Positions 6,882 to 15,231 of a DNA stretch of 29,738 nt are shown here, in pieces (position 1 is the stretch's first letter; every line of letters begins with the position of its first letter). The stretch spans positions 1-29,738 of the IMG/VR virus record IMGVR_UViG_3300009593_002049; one strand, given 5' to 3'. The notes beneath the pieces were generated by a model. The model saw only the letters and a list, made by a program, of their open reading frames with translations, searched no databases and was not told the DNA's origin. Source of the stretch: a virus (Duplodnaviria; Caudoviricetes). Made by a program: the position numbers and the translations under genes.

Positions 6882-7848
6882 AAACTCTACAGTTTTAGTA
6901 ACTGGTGGTCAAGGTTGGATTGGCATAGCTCTTGGTCAGTATCTTTCAGACCAAGGTTTTACAGATGTTCAAGTTCTAGCTGGCAATACACATGGCATAG
7001 ATCTTGGCCTAGATTCAGTTATTGGCTGGGCTTTTCAAACAAACCCTGAAATAGTTGTACATTTAGCAACAAGACTTCCAACGCAAGAACTTTCGTTGGA
7101 TTATCCTGCTGCCCTTATGTATGAAAATGTATTAGTAACTTCTAAAGTCATGGAAGAAGCTAGACTTTCTGGGTGTAAAAAGTTTATAACAATTTGGGAA
7201 TCTTCTTGTTATCCAGAATTTGCTGAAACTCCCTACAAAGAATCAGATTTGTGGGAAGGCGCTCCTCATTGGACTAAAAGATATTATGGTAATGCAGCTA
7301 AAACACTAATGGAAATGAACATGGCTTTTAGCACTCAATTTCCAGAGTTTGTTGGTGTTAATCTTATATTTCCAGAGGTATATGGGCCGGGATCAGGCTT
7401 TGATCTTAGAAAAGGTAAAGTTATTGAATCAATAATAACTAACTTAAAAGCATCTGAAAAACATGATTCTCCTTTGAGAATAGAAGGGGACAGCGAATCT
7501 TCTAGGGACTTCTTATATATATCCGATGCTGTAAATTCTATATATCATGCAATCATGTTCGCAGATGAACCAAACACTTACAATGTGTCGGATGGACATG
7601 AAATAAGCATCAAAGACTTACACGTTAAAGTTAAAGAAGCTTTTAATATCAAAATTCCAATAGATTGGCATGAAGCCGAGATTGACGTTTTGAAGAAATC
7701 CGTTATGAACACATCGCTTATAAAAGAAGATCTCGGCTGGGAACCAAGAGTTGACTTAGATCGTGGCCTTAACTCTATGGCTCAATGGTACAAAGCAAAT
7801 AGACTAAGCTCAGATTATATACCAGAAGATACTATCTCAATACTATGA
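6874..7848 (+). CDS. NAD-dependent epimerase/dehydratase, GDP-L-fucose synthase-like (extended SDR), divergent active site
   Basis: VLVTGGQGWIG Rossmann motif; VVHLA; PAALMYEN; SSCYP; VYGPG; RDFLYISD; LGWEPRVDLDRGL. Confidence 0.85.
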   Translation: MNKNSTVLVTGGQGWIGIALGQYLSDQGFTDVQVLAGNTHGIDLGLDSVIGWAFQTNPEIVVHLATRLPTQELSLDYPAALMYENVLVTSKVMEEARLSGCKKFITIWESSCYPEFAETPYKESDLWEGAPHWTKRYYGNAAKTLMEMNMAFSTQFPEFVGVNLIFPEVYGPGSGFDLRKGKVIESIITNLKASEKHDSPLRIEGDSESSRDFLYISDAVNSIYHAIMFADEPNTYNVSDGHEISIKDLHVKVKEAFNIKIPIDWHEAEIDVLKKSVMNTSLIKEDLGWEPRVDLDRGLNSMAQWYKANRLSSDYIPEDTISIL

Positions 7849-8738
7849 TAAACGCAATCATATTCTCAAAAGACAAAGCTTGCCAATTAGAGCTTCTTCT
7901 TAGATCTATCAGAAGAAACACATCAAATCTTTTTGATATAAAAGTTATATACGAAGCATCAAATGGTGTTTTTAACCAAGGATATGAAAAACTAAAAGAG
8001 GAAACATTTTACCACACAAAAAGAGATGTTAATTTTCCCGTTAGATGGCATGAAAGAACCGAAGACAACATAAGCTTAGACATTCTAAATATATTAAATG
8101 AGGATAGAGATCTAACATGCTTCTTGTCTGATGAGGATATACTCTTCTCAAGTCCTCCTTCTTACAGGGAGATACTTAATCTATTCAGGGAGAAGCCTGT
8201 TACGTCCTTATCGCTTAGACTTGGAAACAATACCATCATTCAGAATCCTTACTCTGCAAAGGATTATTTTATTGATAAGCCTAGAACTGGAGAGTTTCTG
8301 TTCGACAAATTCTTGTTCTGGAACGCTTCTGACTTAAAGCCATTCACAAACTTCGCAATACCCTTCTCTTCTCATGGACACATTCACACAACTAAATTAG
8401 TTAAGTTTGTACTTGAGCAAACAAAGATTAGTTCTTTTCAAGACTTTGAGAAAAGTCTACAAGACAATTTATACATGGGAGCCTTTGGTTCTCTAATACC
8501 TCCTTATATGGCTTGCTTAGAATATAATGTATTAATAACAAACATAGCTGAAAAAATTTCAGACCCTAAACCATTTGATTATGGTACAGGGGATTTTGGT
8601 ATAAATGAAAGATACCTACAAGATTACAAAATAGATTACGACTTCTTTAAGTTTAGTGGTACATCTAAACCATTCCAGCAATTTATAACAAGGTTCCACC
8701 GTGAAGATTATTTGCACTACAGTCGTCAGAGCGGCTAA
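7845..8738 (+). CDS. Putative GT-A fold glycosyltransferase
   Basis: N-terminal IIFSKDKACQLELLLRSI strand-helix; DxD-like LSDEDILF; sits next to the epimerase. Confidence 0.55.
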   Translation: MINAIIFSKDKACQLELLLRSIRRNTSNLFDIKVIYEASNGVFNQGYEKLKEETFYHTKRDVNFPVRWHERTEDNISLDILNILNEDRDLTCFLSDEDILFSSPPSYREILNLFREKPVTSLSLRLGNNTIIQNPYSAKDYFIDKPRTGEFLFDKFLFWNASDLKPFTNFAIPFSSHGHIHTTKLVKFVLEQTKISSFQDFEKSLQDNLYMGAFGSLIPPYMACLEYNVLITNIAEKISDPKPFDYGTGDFGINERYLQDYKIDYDFFKFSGTSKPFQQFITRFHREDYLHYSRQSG

Positions 8739-9627
8739 ACAGGGTGACATACATGGTGGTCTGTATGTTATAGATACAGAAAGTGGAGACATACTACATC
8801 ATGCACCTTATGAAATGGATTTTGTTAACGATAATGAGCGTGGAGGAGAAAGAGGTCTTCGTGGCGTTTGCGTTCTTCATGACCGCATTATCGTTTCTGA
8901 TTCTGCTGGCTTTATTGAGCTAGATAAAAATACTTACGAAATAAAAAGAACATTTCAAGACAGAGAATATTTCAAGAGTATACATGAGATAGCCTTTTTT
9001 GACGATCATATCTGGGCAACATCTACAGCTTATGACGCTATAGTCAAACTAGACCTTGACTTTAATATAAAAGGCTTCTGGGAAATACTAGGGAAGGATG
9101 TAGACAATCACAAGATTCTCACTGGAAAGGTAGAGATAAATCCAGACACTAAGTCTGAGAAGGATTCTTATCACATCAACTCTATATTCGCTACAGAAGA
9201 CAGACTTTTGTTCTCTGGTCTACTAACACCTTTATACGATTTCAACACCTTTGAGGAAGTCTGTAAGATACCGATGGTTCAGACAACTTCTGGACAGTTA
9301 GCGAATGGGTTCGTTCATAACTTTTATGGGTATGATGATTTCTTCACCATAAACTTCACCACATTTAGTTCTTTAGGACTTTCTCATGATGGAGAGAACT
9401 TTGAACATTTTGGTATACCAAGAGCTTCCGATGTAAAATACCAAGTGGACGAAATTGCTTCAAATAACTGGAATAGAGGACTCGCTAGAGGTGGTGGAAA
9501 ATTATTCATTGGCTCATCACCTGCGAGGATTTTAGTTTTTGACATTGAGACAAAAACTTTCGAGACAGAAATAAAACTAGAAAAAGACATGAGACACGCT
9601 ATTCACGGACTAGAGGTAATCGAATAA
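8701..9627 (+). CDS. Beta-propeller repeat protein
   Basis: Repeated blade-like segments (GLRGVCV, SIHEIAF, HINSIF, FVHNFY, WNRGLA, AIHGL), each followed by beta strands. Confidence 0.6.
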   Translation: MKIICTTVVRAAKQGDIHGGLYVIDTESGDILHHAPYEMDFVNDNERGGERGLRGVCVLHDRIIVSDSAGFIELDKNTYEIKRTFQDREYFKSIHEIAFFDDHIWATSTAYDAIVKLDLDFNIKGFWEILGKDVDNHKILTGKVEINPDTKSEKDSYHINSIFATEDRLLFSGLLTPLYDFNTFEEVCKIPMVQTTSGQLANGFVHNFYGYDDFFTINFTTFSSLGLSHDGENFEHFGIPRASDVKYQVDEIASNNWNRGLARGGGKLFIGSSPARILVFDIETKTFETEIKLEKDMRHAIHGLEVIE

Positions 9628-9809
9628 TGAAGATCAACTTAGACCTTGCCAAAAAAAACAAGGTGGAAAAACTAAAAATTTCAAAAAACCAAGCGGCTTG
9701 GCTATTGCCTGAGAATGACAATTTTCGTAAGATGATTGCTTATTCTTACAACGATTCCATCACTTGGGTTCATCCAGAGTACAGAGATGGGAAAAACCGT
9801 AAGAAATAA
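9627..9809 (+). CDS. Hypothetical protein
   Basis: 60 aa, TAATG coupling to the upstream gene. Confidence 0.6.
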   Translation: MKINLDLAKKNKVEKLKISKNQAAWLLPENDNFRKMIAYSYNDSITWVHPEYRDGKNRKK

Positions 9810-9897
9810 AACCAAAAAAGACAAAAAACGTCTAAAAGAAAGCCGACGATTACGTCTCAGGAAGTATAATTCTAAAGATGCGGCTTACCCCAAGTAG
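9787..9897 (+). CDS. Small very basic protein (36 aa), not in the ORF track
   Basis: Manual translation MGKTVRNKTKKDKKRLKESRRLRLRKYNSKDAAYPK*; fills the gap after the 60-aa gene. Confidence 0.5.
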   Translation: MGKTVRNKTKKDKKRLKESRRLRLRKYNSKDAAYPK

Positions 9898-9956
9898 GTC
9901 TTACTTAAACAATCTTACAGGTCTAAATAAAAGAAAAGTAGGCATTGCCTCACTAA

Positions 9957-9966
9957 GTGTATAATA
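9957..9966 (+). promoter_or_regulatory. Putative phage promoter motif GTGTATAATA
   Basis: Exact copy of 1572-1581; directly upstream of the structured element; preceded by palindromes AGGCATTGCCT and CACTAAGTG. Confidence 0.6.
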
Positions 9967-9967
9967 A

Positions 9968-10115
9968 CTTGTTGGGTTATAAAGAGCTTCTTGCAAAAGA
10001 GAGCTAGAGCGACACAAACTCAACAAGCCTATGTTGCACTAAGTGAGTAGTTTTATCGTGTTTACCTTTACTCTAACGAATCGCTTAGTATAACAGGTGT
10101 CGCTCTATTTTTTTT
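9968..10115 (+). ncRNA. Candidate structured small RNA / attenuator leader upstream of nrdA
   Basis: Pairings read by eye: 9968-9978/10017-10027; GCAA-tetraloop hairpin 9985-10005; 10005-10015/10097-10107 (perfect 11 bp, followed by T8); 10038-10046/10081-10089. No family recognised. Confidence 0.55.
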
Positions 10116-10119
10116 CAAC

Positions 10120-10142
10120 AGTCCATTCTATGGACTTTTTTT
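10120..10142 (+). terminator. Small hairpin plus T-tract (second terminator-like element)
   Basis: AGTCCA-TTCTA-TGGACT followed by a T-run; a TATAAT follows at 10145-10150. Confidence 0.45.
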
Positions 10143-10164
10143 AATATAATTGCTCGGATAAAAA

Positions 10165-12621
10165 ATGACTTCAGAGATCAAAGTTAAGAAACGCAATGGA
10201 AGACTGGAACAAATCAATCTTGACAAAATCAACAAATGCGTTGAAAGATCTTGTGAAGGATTATCAGATGTTAATGTCAGTGAAGTAGTATTAGATGCAA
10301 GTCTACAGCTATACAATAAAATAACTACGTCTGAAATAGATACTGCATTAATAATGTCGGCTCGATCCAAAATAGAACAAGAGCCTAACTACAATTATGT
10401 TGCTACGAATCTTTTGCTTTCTAGTTTGTACAAAGAAGTCTTCGGCAAGAGTGTAAATGGTGACTTCTTAGACGAATACAAATCGTCTTTTATAAAGAAC
10501 ATCAAAGCTCTAGTCAAAGAAGATAGATTAAGTGAAGAGATCTTGAGTTATGACTTAGAGCTTCTTAGCGAGAGTTTAGTTGTAGATCGTGACAAAAATT
10601 TCAAGTATCTTGGAATCCAAACACTGTACGACCGATACTTCATACACAAAGAAGGTCGCAGGATGGAGACTCCACAAGCGTTTTATATGCGAGTTGCAAT
10701 GGGTCTTTGTTTGAACGAAGAAGACAAAGAAGCCAAAGCTATCGAAATTTACAATATGATGTCTGAGTTTAGATACTCACCATCTACTCCAACTCTCTTC
10801 AACAGTGGAACTTGTCATTCTCAATTATCCTCTTGCTATCTAAGCACAGTGGACGATTCTATTGACGGCATCTTTGGCACTATTCATGGTCAAGCTAGAC
10901 TCTCAAAGTATGCTGGAGGTCTTGGTGTAGACTGGAGTTCTGTTCGTTCTACCGGCTCTTATATTAAAGGCACAAACGGTCAGTCTTCTGGATTGATTCC
11001 GTGGCTGAAGATATTCAATGATACTCTTGTCGGCGTGAATCAGGGCGGTAAACGTAAGGGTGCTGGATGTGCTTACTTGGAAGTATGGCATCTTGATGTT
11101 GAAGACTTTTTAGATTTAAGAAAAAACACTGGCGATGATCGTCGTCGTTGTCACGACATGAATACGGCACTGTGGATTTGTGATGAGTTCATGCTGTCAG
11201 CTCAGAAAGGAAGAGATTGGTATTTATTTGACCCATCTGAATGTCCTGACCTACATGAAACATATGGTAAGAAATTTACAAGAGCATATAATAAGTACAA
11301 AAAGATGGCGAAAAACGGAGAGATTAAAAACTTCCGTGTCATAAACGCCAAAGACTTATGGAAGAAGATGCTTAAATCCCTTTATGAAACAGGGCATCCA
11401 TGGATTACTTTCAAAGATCCTTCTAATATTCGTTACAGTAATAAACATGAAGGTGTTGTTCATTCTTCCAATCTATGCACAGAGATACTTCTTCATACTA
11501 AACCAACAGTGTATGAAGATGGTGAAGTTGTTGAAGTAGGAGAGACTGCTGTCTGCAATCTTGCCTCCATCAATCTTGAGAATCATATTAAGGTTCGCAC
11601 TATTGATTGGAAAAAGTTGCAGAAGACAGTAGAGGTGGCTATTAGAGGCTTGGATAATGTTATTGATCTTAACTTTTACCCAACAAAAGAAGCCGCTAAG
11701 TCTAACCTAAGAAATCGTCCTGTTGGCTTAGGCATTATGGGTACTCACGGCTTACTACATAAGCTAGGAGTTGTTTACAACTCTCAAGATGCTGTTGTTC
11801 TCTGTGGCAAGATACAAGAATTTATCTCTTACCATGCTATCCTCACTTCTTCTAAGTTAGCAAAGGAGCGAGGACACTACGAATCTTACGAAGGTTCTGA
11901 GTGGAGTTATGGTAATTTACCTATTGACACTTACTGTCAACTGATGAACGAGAGACATCCAGAATACTTAAAGAGTGGCGGGAATAATCATTACAAAGCT
12001 TCCGACTTTGAGAAGATGGACTGGGATAAGGTTAGGACTCACATAGCTGAATATGGAATGAGAAATTCAAATGTTATGGCTATAGCTCCTACTGCAACCA
12101 TTTCTTATATACAGGGATGTTCACAATCCATTGAGCCTGATTACTCAACCCTCTTTGTCTACTCAACCTTGAGTGGTGAGTTTACAATGATCAACGAATA
12201 CTTTGTAGAAGCCGCAAAGAAAAAAGGTATATGGGGAAAAGATTTAGTTGAAGCTCTTAAAGCTGCTGACGGCGATGTTATGTCAATAAATTTAGACGAA
12301 GAACTACAGAGAGAGTTTAAAACTGCATTTGATATTGAACCAAACATTCTGCTTGATGCAGCAGCTGAAAGACAAAAATGGATTGATATGGGAGAGTCCC
12401 TGAATCTTTATAATAAAGGCACTAGCCTTAAGTATCTCAACGATATGTATATGCACGCTTGGGAGCAAGGATTGAAAACAACATATTACCTAAGAAGCAA
12501 AGCTGCTACGAGGATTGAAAAGTCTACGGTTCAGACAACAAAAGAAGAAGTGCCTGAAGAAGATTTGAGTCAGGTTAAAGCTTGCTCACTAGATGACCCA
12601 GATTGTGAAAGTTGCCAGTAA
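10165..12621 (+). CDS. nrdA: Ribonucleoside-diphosphate reductase alpha subunit (class I) with N-terminal ATP cone
   Basis: VKKRNG ATP cone; PSTPTLFNSG; LSSCY; NQGGKRKG; SNLCTEI thiyl radical; VCNLASINL; APTATIS; KTTYYLR; C-terminal CSLDDPDCESCQ. Confidence 0.97.
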   Translation: MTSEIKVKKRNGRLEQINLDKINKCVERSCEGLSDVNVSEVVLDASLQLYNKITTSEIDTALIMSARSKIEQEPNYNYVATNLLLSSLYKEVFGKSVNGDFLDEYKSSFIKNIKALVKEDRLSEEILSYDLELLSESLVVDRDKNFKYLGIQTLYDRYFIHKEGRRMETPQAFYMRVAMGLCLNEEDKEAKAIEIYNMMSEFRYSPSTPTLFNSGTCHSQLSSCYLSTVDDSIDGIFGTIHGQARLSKYAGGLGVDWSSVRSTGSYIKGTNGQSSGLIPWLKIFNDTLVGVNQGGKRKGAGCAYLEVWHLDVEDFLDLRKNTGDDRRRCHDMNTALWICDEFMLSAQKGRDWYLFDPSECPDLHETYGKKFTRAYNKYKKMAKNGEIKNFRVINAKDLWKKMLKSLYETGHPWITFKDPSNIRYSNKHEGVVHSSNLCTEILLHTKPTVYEDGEVVEVGETAVCNLASINLENHIKVRTIDWKKLQKTVEVAIRGLDNVIDLNFYPTKEAAKSNLRNRPVGLGIMGTHGLLHKLGVVYNSQDAVVLCGKIQEFISYHAILTSSKLAKERGHYESYEGSEWSYGNLPIDTYCQLMNERHPEYLKSGGNNHYKASDFEKMDWDKVRTHIAEYGMRNSNVMAIAPTATISYIQGCSQSIEPDYSTLFVYSTLSGEFTMINEYFVEAAKKKGIWGKDLVEALKAADGDVMSINLDEELQREFKTAFDIEPNILLDAAAERQKWIDMGESLNLYNKGTSLKYLNDMYMHAWEQGLKTTYYLRSKAATRIEKSTVQTTKEEVPEEDLSQVKACSLDDPDCESCQ

Positions 12622-13628
12622 TGAAAAAGACTAAAGAAATTATTTCGGACAAGGTTGCAGTAGTTAATCAAATTCTTCCTCACACAAACAAGTGGGCGTG
12701 GGATTTGTTTATTGACGGTGCGGCTAATAATTGGATGCCAACTGAAATTTCAATGGCTAAAGATATTGAACAGTGGCGTTCTGATTTGCTAACCAATGAC
12801 GAGAAATTAGTAGTAAAGAGGTCTTTGGGGTTCTTTGCCGGTTCAGAGTCTTTAGTAGCTAACAATCTGTTGCTAAGCATTTTCAAATATGTAACTGATC
12901 CTGAGTGCCGACAGTACATTCTCAGACAGGCGTATGAAGAAAGCCTGCATAACCTAACTGTTGTTTATTGTTGTGATTCTCTTGGTTTAAAGATTGATGA
13001 AGTTTACGAAGCATACAACTCAATTCCTAGCATCAAAGCTAAAGATGAGTTTCTAATGAATATCTGCACAGATATTAATAGAACAGACTTCAACATCAAT
13101 ACATTAGAAGGTAAAAGAGAGTTTTTAAGGAACATCATCAGCTACTACATCATATGTGAAGGAATCTTTTTCTTTTCTGGTTTCGCAATGCTGCTTTCTT
13201 TTAATAGACAAAATAAACTTCCCGGAGTTGGAGAACAAATCCAGTATACGCTTCGTGATGAAAGTCTTCATATTAAATTTGGAACTACTTTGATTAATAG
13301 AATCAGAGAGGATAATCCAAAGGTTTGGACTAAAGCTTTTGAAAAAGAGACTTTAGAACATATAGATAAAGCTATGGAACTTGAACTGGCTTACGCTAGA
13401 GATGTTTTACCAAATGGTATTCTTGGCCTTAACTCGGACATGTTTATTGATTATGTCCAATACATAGCCAATCGCAGATTAGAAGACTTGAATCTCCCAA
13501 GTCCTTATGAAGATACAAAGAATCCATTTCCTTGGCTTAGTGAGATAATTGATTTAGAGAAATGCAAGAACTTCTTTGAGACTCGTGTTACTGAATACGC
13601 AGTCGGAAACATAGAAGATGATTTCTAA
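12621..13628 (+). CDS. nrdB: Ribonucleotide reductase beta subunit with class Ic (Mn/Fe) signature
   Basis: TAATG coupling with nrdA; NNWMPTE, LGFFAGSESLV, EESLH, EGIFFFSGF, RDESLH, NFFETRVTEY. Confidence 0.95.
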   Translation: MKKTKEIISDKVAVVNQILPHTNKWAWDLFIDGAANNWMPTEISMAKDIEQWRSDLLTNDEKLVVKRSLGFFAGSESLVANNLLLSIFKYVTDPECRQYILRQAYEESLHNLTVVYCCDSLGLKIDEVYEAYNSIPSIKAKDEFLMNICTDINRTDFNINTLEGKREFLRNIISYYIICEGIFFFSGFAMLLSFNRQNKLPGVGEQIQYTLRDESLHIKFGTTLINRIREDNPKVWTKAFEKETLEHIDKAMELELAYARDVLPNGILGLNSDMFIDYVQYIANRRLEDLNLPSPYEDTKNPFPWLSEIIDLEKCKNFFETRVTEYAVGNIEDDF

Positions 13629-13771
13629 TGCTTAGAAGCATCACGGTAAACAACGACATGCTCAGATGGCTAGCTGAGCAACTGAACAAAGAAACAGAAG
13701 CTGGTAACAAGATTACTAGAAGCACTCTTTCCAACTTGATTTGGAAATATGAAAAGAAGGAAGAAAAGTGA
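13628..13771 (+). CDS. Small hypothetical protein (47 aa), possibly ribbon-helix-helix; not in the ORF track
   Basis: MLRSITVNNDMLRWLAEQLNKETEAGNKITRSTLSNLIWKYEKKEEK*; TAATG overlap with nrdB and GTGA overlap with dut. Confidence 0.65.
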   Translation: MLRSITVNNDMLRWLAEQLNKETEAGNKITRSTLSNLIWKYEKKEEK

Positions 13772-14202
13772 CTTACGGTTATAAACATTTTGAAGTTAAA
13801 CGGTTGTATGAATCTGCTAAAGCTCCAACCAAAGGACATATGGATGATGCCGGTTGGGACTTATATGCTTTTGAAACAGTTTCTATACCCGCTGGAGCTA
13901 CCGTTCTTGTTTCTACTGGCATTTCTATGGCTATCCCTAAAGGTCATGTGGCTCTAATCTGGGATAGGTCTTCAATGGGGGTCAAAGGAGTTCATAGGCA
14001 CGCAGGCGTTATAGACTCTGGCTATAGAGGTGAAGTAAAAGTTTGCCTGCACAATACAACAAAACATCCGTATCATATAGAAAGAGGCGACAGAATCGCA
14101 CAAATGTTAATACAAGAAGCCCCAAACTTTATACAACATGTAGTTCACGAACTAGACTCAACAACTAGGGGCGATGGAGGGTTTGGTTCTACAGGTAAGT
14201 AG
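13768..14202 (+). CDS. dut: Trimeric dUTPase
   Basis: All five motifs: AGWDL, DRSS, GVIDSGYRGE, GDRIAQ, RGDGGFGSTG. Confidence 0.97.
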   Translation: MTYGYKHFEVKRLYESAKAPTKGHMDDAGWDLYAFETVSIPAGATVLVSTGISMAIPKGHVALIWDRSSMGVKGVHRHAGVIDSGYRGEVKVCLHNTTKHPYHIERGDRIAQMLIQEAPNFIQHVVHELDSTTRGDGGFGSTGK

Positions 14203-14203
14203 T

Positions 14204-14872
14204 ATGACTAGAAAAAAGAACAATGAGTCAGGATATACTACAAGACGGAAGGCTTTAAAGCCAAAAACGGAAAACCAAACAGATTACATCAGGATCATAT
14301 CAGAAAATGATGTAACCTTTTGCACAGGGCCAGCAGGTACTGGTAAAACAGCAGTAGCAGTTGGTTTAGCTTGTGATTATTTATTAGATAAAAGGGTTGA
14401 GAAGATAGTTGTTACTAGACCTGTAATTGAATCAGGTAGAGGACTAGGTTTCTTGCCCGGAACTTTTGAAGAAAAGATACACCCTTATCTTGTTCCTGTA
14501 TTAGAAGAGATGCAATACAGACTAAATAGCAATAGGGTTCAAGCTTATAGAGAAGAAGGCAAAATTGAAGTTGTTCCTCTGGAATATATGAGAGGACGAA
14601 ACTTTCATAATTGCTTTATGATATTAGACGAAGCTCAAAATGCTACGTTTGAACAATTGAAAATGTTCATAACTAGAATTGGTTGGGATTCAAAAGCTGT
14701 CATCAATGGAGACATTGATCAAACCGACTTAGCAAACAAAGATCGTGGAGGTCTTGAAGAGTTCTTAGAACGTCTTGATGATGTTCAGGGAGTTGGTATT
14801 GCCGAGTTGACAGAAGATGATATAATTAGGAACAAGATTATCTCTCGTATTTTGGATGCACTCTACGACTAA
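14204..14872 (+). CDS. phoH: PhoH-family ATPase
   Basis: GPAGTGKT, VTRPVIE, LGFLPG, YMRGR, ILDEAQN, GDIDQTD; start moved to ATG 14204. Confidence 0.96.
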   Translation: MTRKKNNESGYTTRRKALKPKTENQTDYIRIISENDVTFCTGPAGTGKTAVAVGLACDYLLDKRVEKIVVTRPVIESGRGLGFLPGTFEEKIHPYLVPVLEEMQYRLNSNRVQAYREEGKIEVVPLEYMRGRNFHNCFMILDEAQNATFEQLKMFITRIGWDSKAVINGDIDQTDLANKDRGGLEEFLERLDDVQGVGIAELTEDDIIRNKIISRILDALYD

Positions 14873-15231
14873 TGCCTACTTACGATTATTTATGTAACGA
14901 TTGCGACTCTGAATTTGAACGAGTGCATGGCTTTGGCAAAACTCCAGAGCCTTGTCATTGCGGCAGTTCAAACATTAAAATAGTAATCAATCAAGTTCCT
15001 ATGGGCTTCGTCAAAGGCGAGCCAACGACTCTTGGTCAGCTTGCTGAATCTAATACCAAAAATATGGGACGGTATGAACTTCAGGATAAAAGAGCGCAGC
15101 AAGAAAAAGGTAATCTTAAAAAGAACAAACCTAAAGATTGGTGGCAAAAGTCTGGAGACGCAACGAAAACTGACATTAATAAAATGTCTAAAGCTCAGAA
15201 AGCCAAGTATATTAAAGAAGGCAAGAAGTGA
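14872..15231 (+). CDS. FmdB-family zinc-ribbon protein
   Basis: MPTYDYLCNDCDSEFE...PCHCGS N-terminal signature. Confidence 0.8.
   Translation: MPTYDYLCNDCDSEFERVHGFGKTPEPCHCGSSNIKIVINQVPMGFVKGEPTTLGQLAESNTKNMGRYELQDKRAQQEKGNLKKNKPKDWWQKSGDATKTDINKMSKAQKAKYIKEGKK

Noticed and set aside
9968-10115. Known riboswitch, tRNA, HDV-like ribozyme or NrdR box upstream of nrdA
   Set aside because: GAGCGAC recalls the ZTP aptamer, but its 5' GACUGGCG and 3' CGCCUGGG are missing. There is no B12 box, T-psi-C arm or P3/L3 of HDV-like ribozymes, and CACTAAGTG spacing does not match an NrdR box.
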